Source of the DNA: Octopus vulgaris
Taxonomy: Eukaryota
Assembly: GCA_951406725.2 (NCBI GenBank)
Contig: OX597819.1
Coordinates: forward strand, 61,008,001 to 61,072,000
Direction of reading: 5' to 3'
Length of the DNA stretch: 64,000 nt
Numbering within the stretch: the stretch's first letter is position 1; each line of letters opens with the position of its first letter. The position numbers and the translations under genes were made by a program. Positions 1-9,503 of this stretch are shown here, piece after piece. Under the pieces are notes generated by a model, which was given only the letters and a program-made list of their open reading frames with translations, made no database searches and was not told the origin of the DNA.

Positions 1-17
1 TATATACATATACACAC

Positions 18-108
<91 letters not shown>

Positions 109-315
109 CATTATACACACACACACACATACATAATATATATATGATGTGTTAAAAAAATAGTATTGAACCTTGGGAGGGGTATTATCTCGGTAATAAT
201 AAACACATGCACTGGTTCAGTCTTTTATTGTTATTGTTCAGTATTGTTCATGTTCTTTCAATTTTTTTTGTCAGATAATTATTTCATCGCATTGTGACAC
301 GTCTCTGTACTATAT

Positions 316-1496
316 ATGGAGTCATCCCATAAATAATGCAGCTTTTTTATACTTATTTTATTTTTCAAAATCAAAATAAAGTTCTTTTTAATTTAAAATA
401 TACTCTCTTTCATTTTCTACAATACTCTTCTATCTATCTCGTAGACTTGCAATGCCCCTTTTCTAAAATTCACTTGTCCATGACGAGTACTGTTCTGACC
501 TGGTCTACAGAATTCATATTTTTTCCGTCCAAATGATTTTGAAGACTGCGGATTAAATGATCATCAGATGGGGCAGTGTCTGGTGAATATGGTTGGTGGG
601 GCATCGTTTCTCATTCAAACTGCTCCAGCCTTAGGAACGTCATTCTCGCTGAATGTGACAGAGTATTACCTTATGTCTTTAAACCAAAATGGTCGTTTTT
701 CTTCCAGCACTGACGTACACCGCTTAAACTGCTCGTAGTAGATCTCACTTGTTATCGTTTGGTTTGGATTTAAAAGTTCAAAATGGACTAAACCTTCCAT
801 ATCCCACCAAACAGATAACAACTTACGTAGATGAAGACTTTCCTTAGCCTGGGGTGCCGGTGTTTCTCCTTTACCTACCTACTGTCTTCGGCACTTGACA
901 TTTTTATAAAAAACTCATTTCTCGTTACCAGTCACTATTCGTTCCAAAAATGTTCATTCGTGAAACGTGACAGCAAAGAAGAGTACACATTCGCCCTCTG
1001 TGCGCTGTTAGAAAGTTTGTGAGGAACCCATTGACCCAATTTGCAGACTTTTCCGATAGCTCACAGGTGTCGACGAATGGTTAAATGGCCAGATCCAAGC
1101 TTCTCTGCTAGTTCCTCAACTGATACGATAGGATTTTGTTCCACCGGGGTTTTCAGGACGTCCACGTTGAGCTCTACAGATCTTCCAGAACGAGGCTCGT
1201 GTTCTAGACTGAATGTCTGGAACTACCGTTGACATTGGGTTGCGTTCGATGTCCGATCCCCATATATTGCATTAATATTCCTCGAACTTTCCGTTGCATT
1301 GTTGCTTTTATTGAACTCATAAAGAAAAATATGCCGAATATGCTACTTTGTCACTTCCATTATAGCTTTGAAAATATAACTGTTAAAATCGAACTGCACC
1401 TTTCAAAACTTACACAGTGAATAAGTACACAGTGAAATTACTACCAACTTTTATAGCAGGTTGATGCTGGTAGATTATTCCGTCCCCCTCTGGCTT

Positions 1497-1500
<4 letters not shown>
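316..1500 (-). mobile_element. Decayed mariner-family DNA transposon (transposase pseudogene, about 370-1360)
   Basis: Minus-strand translation gives mariner motifs in the expected order: MEVTK*HIRHIF (ATG at 1360), EPRSGR, KLGQWVPH (about 1020-1045), FLERIVTGNEK (about 920-950) and PHQPYSPDTAPSDDHLIRSLQNHL (about 530-600), with stops and frameshifts. A TIR-like start (TA-TGGAGTCATCCCATAAATAATGC) lies at about 316; the other end runs into a (TA)n tract. Confidence 0.88.
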
Positions 1501-1541
<41 letters not shown>

Positions 1542-1575
1542 TAGAAGGTTTGGAGATGATGTACGGGTATTATAT

Positions 1576-1792
1576 ATTAGAAGAAGTGAGGTACTCAGAA
1601 ATCCGGATGGTTTTATATTTACAGATATTTATTAGTCTTACATGTTTTATATATTATGTTTTTATGTTTTCCAGTTTCAGCTCTTGAGCTGTGGCCATGC
1701 TGGGGCACCGCCATATGATGTATAAAAACATGTAACATACTAATAAATATCTGTAAGCATAAAACCATCCGGATTTCTGTGTACCTCATTTC

Positions 1793-1800
<8 letters not shown>
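1576..1800. mobile_element. About 85-bp inverted repeat (probable Penelope-type termini) with a 50-bp LINE 3' tail in its loop
   Basis: TATTAGAAGAAGTGAGGTACTCAGAAATCCGGATGGTTTTATATTTACAGATATTTATTAGT (1576 on) is the near reverse complement of ACTAATAAATATCTGTAAGCATAAAACCATCCGGATTTCTGTGTACCTCATTTCTTCTAATA (to 1800). The loop (about 1668-1714) matches the LINE tail at 22743-22786. Confidence 0.7.
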
Positions 1801-1832
<32 letters not shown>

Positions 1833-1833
<1 letters not shown>

Positions 1834-2039
1834 TCTTTTACTCTTTTAGTTGTTTCAGTCGACTGTGGGCGTGCTGGAGCACCGCCTTTAGTCTAGCAAA
1901 TCGACCCCCGGACTTATTCTTTGTAAACTTAGTACTTAGTCTATCGGTCTCTTTTGCCGAACCACCGCTAAGTTACGGGGACGTAAACACACCAGCATCG
2001 GTTGTCAAGCGATTTGGGGGGACAAACACAGACACACAA

Positions 2040-2070
<31 letters not shown>

Positions 2071-2240
2071 CATATACATATATACGACGGGCTTCTTTCA
2101 GTTTCCGTCTACCAAATCCACTTAGAAGGATTTGATCAGCCCGAGACTATAGTAGTTGTCCAAGGTGCCACGCAGTGTGACAGAACTCGGAACCTTGTGG
2201 TTGGTAAGCAAGCTTCTTACCACACAGCCACTCCTGCGCC
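1833..2240 (-). mobile_element. tRNA-derived SINE, family A
   Basis: Head GGCGCAGGAGTGGCTGTGTGGTAAG, internal (TA)/(TG) tract and tail ...CAGCA(T/C)GG/CCACAGTC...GACTGAAACAACTAAAAGAGTAAAAGAG; aligns by eye with many other copies in the window. Confidence 0.9.
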
Positions 2241-2805
2241 TATCGTGATGACCACTAGATCATGTGATTTCGATCTTGTTTGGGCTGGTCAATGATGGAC
2301 ACTCATATATATCTATACACACACACACACACACATGCATATGTTTCTTCATTTTTATTAGGAAAAGGTTGACAGTAAATTCAGCATTTCGGCTTACTAG
2401 TCGTCGCCATATTGTGGCTTACTTTCGTCTTTTAGCTTTTATAAAAAGTGTTTTCTTAAACATGTTACTTGGGTAGCTGGAGCTATGTAAATGTAAAATT
2501 AAGAGTGCTTTAGGCAGACAGAAGTGGTTGCGGAAATGCATCATCAGTCTGAATTTCACAATAAGGCATGACAATAAGTCTTGGTTATGTAACACATTAT
2601 GTAACGAATAATCACGTAAAATGGGGTAAGAAAATATCTTATAAATAATCTCTGAGGTTTTGTTTATTTTCTGCATGTGCTCTGTAAGACACCCAAATAG
2701 AAATGCGAAAACACTTAGAGCTCTAAATAGTGGTTATTTGTCACCCGATTTAAGATTTAAATTGCACTGAATGAATATATAAATATTAGATGAACACATA
2801 CATAC

Positions 2806-2842
<37 letters not shown>

Positions 2843-2850
<8 letters not shown>

Positions 2851-3125
2851 TGTATGTATATATATATTTGTATATCAATATCTATATATATGCATGTATG
2901 TATATATATATTTGTATATCAATATCTATATATATGCATGTATGTATATATATATTTGTATATCAATATCTATATATATGCATGTATGTATATATATATT
3001 TGTATATCAATATCTATATATATGCATGTATGTATATATATATTTGTATATCAATATCTATATATATGCATGTATGTATATATATATTTGTATATCAATA
3101 TCTATATATGTGCATGTATGTATAT
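2843..3125 (+). repeat. Minisatellite, 44-bp unit, about 6.4 near-identical copies
   Basis: GCATG recurs at 2848, 2892, 2936, 2980, 3024, 3068 and 3112; unit TATATGCATGTATGTATATATATATTTGTATATCAATATCTATA. Confidence 0.95.
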
Positions 3126-3169
3126 AAATATTTGTAAATCTTTATCTATATTTGTATATGTATGTATAG

Positions 3170-3447
3170 TTTGTGAGGGGATTTGGTAGACGGATACTGA
3201 AACACACACAAATATATATATATGTATACGTATGTGTGTATCTATCTTCATGTTTATGTTTGTCTCCCCATTACCGCTTGGTAACCAGCATTGATTTTTT
3301 TAACGTCTATGTAGTCAAGCAGTTCAATAAAAGGGACTGATTGAATAAGTAACAGGCTTTAAAAATAAATACTGGGGTCGATTTGATCGACTAAAATTCC
3401 TCCAAGCCGGTGCCACAGCAGAGCTAGAGTCCAATTGCTGTATCAAG
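3170..3447 (+). mobile_element. Diverged SINE family A copy (5'-truncated)
   Basis: TTGTGAGGGGATTTGGTAGACGGATACTGAAA ... GAATAAGTAACAGGC ... CTGGGGTCGATTTGATCGACTAAA ... GGTGCCACAGCA matches the family A body and tail. Confidence 0.75.
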
Positions 3448-3599
3448 TATATATATATATATATATATACCTACACAACTACACCAGTAATAATCCTACC
3501 TTAACAGCTAGTTATGCGAGTAGGGTTACTAGTAATCTCATTAACCATAGTTATTCCATAGACGATAGTAAATGTTTTTTGCAATCGTAGAAACCGCCT

Positions 3600-3973
3600 T
3601 AAGTGTCCTCTTGAAAATCAGTTCTTAAGAATGAATTCAATATATCAATGTACGGTAACATCTGGTTCATCTTTCACAGTTTTTAAAATTTAGTTTATAC
3701 AACCATTTTTCTTTATTTAAATTTAGGAGGAAGATTAATCCAAGTAAATGTTTTTAGGATTTAAAATACAACAACGTTGATTACTATATGAAATGGTGCA
3801 TTGTATGTAATGCTCTATCATACAATGCTGGTTACTTTAAATGTAATCTTTGCAGAGACGAAATGTTTTATATATTTAACTCAAAAGTAGATTTATTAAA
3901 CTCTAGAACTAATCTAGCGATGAACTGCTATCATAAGCATAGAAGAACGTTTAAATATTTCATTATGAAATAG
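3600..3973 (+). mobile_element. Penelope-like element remnant (GIY-YIG endonuclease region)
   Basis: CPLENQFLRMNSIYQCTVT (about 3604) and the ORF 3788-3973 (WCIVCNALSYNAGYFKCNLCRDEMFYIFNSKVDLLNSRTNLAMNCYH) fit the PLE C-terminal pattern CPL..CL...IY..V / W.I...A..Y......C.LC..E...I......LLN.R......C.H as recalled; interrupted by frameshifts. Confidence 0.7.
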
Positions 3974-4475
3974 CACTCTGTTTATACTAACTTATTCTGT
4001 CAATGTTTATACCAACTTATTCTTTCAATAAATGGGATAACCATAATTTCTTGTTTTTTATTATCAACTCTTCGCTATCTTTTATAATTTGTGTTCTTCT
4101 ATTACGTGACAGACATTTTGTCACGCTTTACTGCTTCATTTGTTTTTTCTTTTCCTTTTTTATTCTTTATCTTTGAATTCTTCTTTCCACTCCTCCCATT
4201 TCTGAATCTTAGCCTTTCTATTATTGATTTTTTAATGAGCATGACTATTTACTTCTTATGAGATATATTCAAATTTATTTTCGTGTATCAACATCTCTTT
4301 TTAAAACTAACTTTGAAAAAGTTTACTTTAATGATCTTTTAAATTAATTTTTAGTTGACCTAGGCTACTGAAGTAGCCTTTCTACGTTTTTATTTATTTT
4401 TTCTTTCACTGCTCAGCGAGTCATCTTAAGTTTAAACACCAAACTAACTTTTCTTAGAATATGCTTCATCTTAGC

Positions 4476-4872
4476 TCTCTTTTACTCTTTTACTTGTTCC
4501 AGTCATTTGACTGCGGCCATGCTGGAGCACCGTTTTTTAGTGAAACAAATCGACCCCAGCACTTATTCTTTGTAAGCCTAGTATTTATTCTATCGGTTCC
4601 TTTTGCCGAATCGCTAAGTTTCGGGGACGCAAACACACCAGCATCGGTTGTCAAGCGATGTTGGGGGGACAAACACATAAACATATATATATATATATAC
4701 ACATATATACGACGGGCTTCTTTCAGTTTCCGTCTACCAAATCTACTCACAAGGCTTTGGTTGGCCCGAGGCTATAGTAGAAGACACTTGCCCAAGGTGC
4801 CACGCAGTGGGTCTGAACCCGGAACCATGTGGTTGGTAAGCAAGCTACTTGCCACGCAGCCACTCCTGCGCC
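4476..4872 (-). mobile_element. tRNA-derived SINE, family A, full length
   Basis: Complete head (A box TGGCTGCGTGG, B box GGTTCAGACCC), body, internal (TA)n and CAGTCAAATGACTG...GTAAAAGAGTAAAAGAG tail. Confidence 0.93.
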
Positions 4873-5210
4873 TATCTATCTTTCTATCTTTTTTATTTTC
4901 TCTCCTTTATTCCAGTGACTTCTCTGTATTGTTGCCAAATTCTCAGTTCTCATTAGATTCACATCTGTTTGGGTTGCCTTGAAAATATTACAATCACATA
5001 AGCTTTGGATATATTTTATTTCACAATCGATCCAATATGGACCGATTTGTATGTCGTACCATTAATTATATCTAATAGCGCTTAATAGAATCACGTGTCG
5101 GGTTTTGTATGATATAACCCTGAATTAAAGACGCACTAGTCTTCATTCTTGTTTTACCTTTATAATACTCTCTAGAATTTTCCAAAATTCCTTTAAATGA
5201 ACTTTGGAAT

Positions 5211-5774
5211 TATTGGGTTGTCCGGTAAGTTCGTTCCGATTTTTAAAGGAAGGAAAAAGGTCAATAAATATTTGCCATTACATTTTTAATCAACCAAATA
5301 TGAACCATTTTGTTGCACAATGCGTCTCCATCTTTCCTTTAACTTGAAAATACCCTCTTCCAAGAATCGAAGTGGTTTCATGGCAAAGAATTCATCAAGG
5401 AATCTTTTTACGTCATCCAAGGAATTGAAATTTTTACCATTAAGACTATTCTGCAGATCAGAATAAGTGGAAATCCGAAGGAGCAATATCTGGTAAATAT
5501 GTAGGGTGGAGTAACACATCCCAGCCGAGCTGCTGCAATTTTTGTCTGGTTCCCAAAGCACCAAGTGCCGAAAATGAACTTATCTTCCATTTTAAAGGGT
5601 TACAGAATTAACACAGGTTATAGGAACATAAGCCTTCTTCCACGAAAAAATAGCTTAAACTGTGCTCTAAACGGAGGTGTAGTCAAATCCTATTTTATGG
5701 ACTCAACCATGTTCTAAAATAAGTCGAAAGGTAAGCTACTATAAATTGGCACGAACTTTCCGGACAACTCAATA
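5211..5774 (-). mobile_element. Internally deleted, non-autonomous mariner element
   Basis: TIRs TATTGGGTTGTCCGGTAAGTTCGTTCCGATTT (5211) and AAATTGGCACGAACTTTCCGGACAACTCAATA (to 5774) with TA ends. The transposase start (MEDK, 5590) is joined to a mariner C-terminus LQNSLNGKNFNSLDDVKRFLDEFFAMKP..FLEEGIFKLKERWRRIVQQNGSYLVD. Confidence 0.93.
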
Positions 5775-5789
5775 TTTATCACACTTGGA

Positions 5790-5960
5790 ATGTTATCACG
5801 GATTAAAAAGATAAGTTCTGTGGCATCATGTTGACTTATCTGGTATCCCTTGAAGAAATTTGTCTAGGCTTCGTTTGAAGGCCGTTTTGAAGGTGATATA
5901 TAGCCCTAAGCTAATATACAGGAGTTGATTTAATACTGACTTCTGAAAATTAAAGTAACC
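5790..5960 (-). mobile_element. Old CR1/L2-group LINE 3' fragment
   Basis: Translation AFKRSLDKFLQGIPDKST resembles the C-termini FKKHLDKLLSGIPDEPT and FKMKLNLFLSGVPDEPT of the two larger LINE copies in this window. Confidence 0.55.
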
Positions 5961-6442
5961 TTTAATACGATTGCAGATTTTATTAAACGCAATAATATCC
6001 AGGAGCTCTGTTTTGTCCATTTCGAAAGAAATAAATAACGGCAAATGTCAATGTAAAACAGAATAACATAGAAAGTGTTGAACGCACGTATTCGCCCCCC
6101 AAAAAAAACAAAAAAAAATCCAGCGGAAGGAATCATATATTCATCAGTTAACAACAACAACAACAGGTAATAATATCGTCATTTATCATATTTAGCATTT
6201 GTTAAACTGTTCAACTTTATTAATATTTATAACTTTATTTATCTCTTACACAAGTATAATGCCTCAGATCCACGTAGAACAGGCGATAAGAAATGTGTGA
6301 CAATTATTTTTTTCTTCAAGGTCACTAGCGCTGCAAATGCTGTGAATCAGCTATAACCGAGAATCGAAGCCGGACGGCACGGTTTCGGCTCATCGGAAGC
6401 TTGTGGCTACTCTATGGCACAGCGGTAATTTATCACAAATAA

Positions 6443-6488
<46 letters not shown>

Positions 6489-7134
6489 GAAAAAGGTCGA
6501 TATTGCTATGTAACTTTCATTATAAATGTTTTGTACTCAAGTCTTGAGGTTGTATATCGTTGCCCACCATGCGTTTACATCTTGAGCAAATTAGTTGATT
6601 TTACTCACAGCAGAGGAATATTGACGTCTATTCGTGATAATGTTTTATCAATGCCCTATTCAAACGAGGTCCAACTTTAAAGGGGTAGTGCGGTATATGA
6701 GTACAGTAGCTTGAGTACAACAGCGCTCACTATACTGGAGTATCTTTATGTTTTAATACCGTCATGGCAGAAATAACACCGTTTTACTATATGAATACGG
6801 ATTAAGGTCGCGGATGGTTTTTTTTTTTATCTTTCCATTAAAATTCTATTTTCTTGGTTCTTTTTTTTTTTTCATTGTTACAGTTTCATTTTTGTATGTT
6901 TTAATATTTTCAACTTTTTTTTTCCTGCATGCATCTGAAACAATATGCAGCTCAAACAGCAACCTGATATGTAATAGTAACGTATATTACACAATAACTT
7001 CAGAGATATCTCACAAACATGCAAACAATATTATGAACGTCTGTACGCAAGTATTTATTAATTCTTGTCTCATTTCTCACTATTTTAATATGTAAACACC
7101 ATTTGCAGTTCCGTACACCATCAGAATGTAACAA

Positions 7135-7179
<45 letters not shown>

Positions 7180-7184
7180 CAGCA

Positions 7185-7340
7185 GTAACACTTTGACTCA
7201 AGGTCCCAAAGTTTCATGCGTTGCCCACTTTAAGAACCAATGCACGAAACTCTTGGACCTCGAGTAACTCTGTTACCTCTGTTAAATATTAATAAAAACA
7301 TATATATATATACTCCTATTTTGAGTTCGGTTGCTCCTGT
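7185..7340. repeat. Imperfect hairpin (7185-7276) followed by an AATAAA-containing tail; possible Penelope-type terminus
   Basis: ACTCAAGGTCCCAAAGTTTCATGCGTTG pairs with CAATGCACGAAACTCTTGGACCTCGAGT, extended by GTAACA/TGTTAC; lies between (TA)n tracts. Confidence 0.45.
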
Positions 7341-7364
7341 TTGCATCAACATAGGTGTGTGTGT

Positions 7365-7938
7365 GTATATATATATATATGTATATACATACACATAAAT
7401 ATATGTATATACACGTATATATATATGCATATCTATATATGTATATATATGTATATCTATGTATGTAAATCATATATATATATATATATGTATTTATGTG
7501 TATATAGGTGTGTATATATATGTATGTATGTATATGCATATATATGCATATATATATGGATATATGTATGTATATATATGTATATATACATGCATATATA
7601 TATGGATATATGTATGTATATATATGTATATATACATGCATATATATATGGATATATGTATGTATATATATGTATATATACATGCATATATATATGGATA
7701 TATGTATATATATGCATATATACATGCATATATATATGGATATATGTATATACATGCATATATATACATGCATATATATGTATATATATATATGTATGCA
7801 TATATGTATATATAAGTATATGTATATGCATATATTTATGCATATATGTACGCATATATATATATATGTATGTATGCATATATATATGCACATATATATG
7901 CATATATATATATACTTATGTATACTTATATACATATA

Positions 7939-7975
<37 letters not shown>
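7365..7975 (+). repeat. Compound TA/TG microsatellite with a 46-bp higher-order unit (about 7540-7760)
   Basis: GGA marker at 7558, 7604, 7650 and 7696. Confidence 0.9.
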
Positions 7976-7983
<8 letters not shown>

Positions 7984-8449
7984 ACTTTATATATATATAT
8001 ACACTTATGTATATATATATACATATATATACACACCTATGTATATATATATATATATATATGTATACTTTATATATATATATACACTTATGTATATATA
8101 TATACATATATATACACACTATGTATATATATATATATATATGTATACTTTATATATATATATACACTTATGTATATATATATACATATATATACACACC
8201 TATGTATATATATATATATATATATGTATACTTTATATATATATATACACTTATGTATATATATATACATATATATACACACCTATGTATATATATATAT
8301 ATATATATGTATACTTTATATATATATATACACTTATGTATATATATATACATATATATACACACCTATGTATATATATATATATATATATGTATACTTT
8401 ATATATATATATACACTTATGTATATATATATACATATATATACACACC

Positions 8450-8484
<35 letters not shown>

Positions 8485-8495
8485 TTTATATATAT
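7975..8495 (+). repeat. Minisatellite, about 83-bp unit, about 6 copies
   Basis: Unit TATGTATACTTT(AT)nACACTTATG(TA)nCA(TA)nCACACC repeats; the identical spurious ORFs at 8168, 8251 and 8334 are 83 bp apart. Confidence 0.93.
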
Positions 8496-9334
8496 AATGT
8501 TACTCCATGCATACCCCCACACGCACATATATGCGTACCTTATGTGTGAGTATTAAAATAAAACAAACACATTTTATAGTTTACACCACAAAATATTTAC
8601 AATATTAGAAATACATATTATTATATATGTTTTTAGTTTAGTGTGTGCATTTTTCAACGATTGTCTGTTGGGTTTTTTTTTATGTCATTATTTTCAATGT
8701 GGACGAAATTTGACTAATCCACCATGAGTGATATAAAGTATATTTATCAGTCAACAATTATTCAGCCTTTCATTGTCATGTATTATAAACATGTTTTCAT
8801 TTGAGCTGATTGAATACGATTAACGTTTAGTTAGTTTGTTGTGTGCATTTGAAAGCTATTTAGCTTTTGCAGTATGGATGCATGATGCATATCTGTGACT
8901 GTCTGCGTATGTACTTTAGGATGAAATTCGAATTATATATATACACACACACACAAATACATACACACTCACAAACATAATTATATACACATACACATAT
9001 ATAACATTTATATGTTATGTATTTTTACACACACACACACACTCTCTTTTACTCTCTCTTTCACTCTCACACATAACTTCTTAGTCTGTACTCCAATAGT
9101 ATAATGTTGCTCAGCATCCGACAGATAATTTAGTCCTGGTATCTGTTTCTATGTTTGAATAAAGGAAGGAAGGGTAAGATGAAAGTGAAGCAAGGGGAAA
9201 AGAAATAAAGGTGAGTTTGAGGTGGAGGAAAGGTCAAATATGGCGGGGGTAAGCGACACTGTCTGCAGCTGAGAAAGGGAACGAGGAACATTAATATATT
9301 TTTGTTATTTCTTTTTTTTTTTTAAATAATCAGG

Positions 9335-9340
9335 TTTATT
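9335..9340 (-). promoter_or_regulatory. Candidate polyadenylation signal for the 701-aa gene
   Basis: First AATAAA noticed on the minus strand after the stop codon (about 165 nt downstream); followed by an A-rich tract. More distal sites are possible. Confidence 0.4.
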
Positions 9341-9503
9341 ATACAATTCATTACTTTTGATCTGATTTCAAAAATTATATTCCACTCTTAGTAAGAAATG
9401 AAATCCTTACTGGCAGGTATCTCTCATTGGCACGCTTCTTACTATTAGCCGATACTTCAGTTCTTATGGTGTTCTATCTCAATTTGTAAAATCCGTCGGT
9501 TTT

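Noticed and set aside
6355-6400. Hammerhead candidate on the minus strand (CCGATGAGCCGAAAC)
   Set aside because: The core is mutated, there is no room for stem II before GAAAC, and no stem I closure was found.
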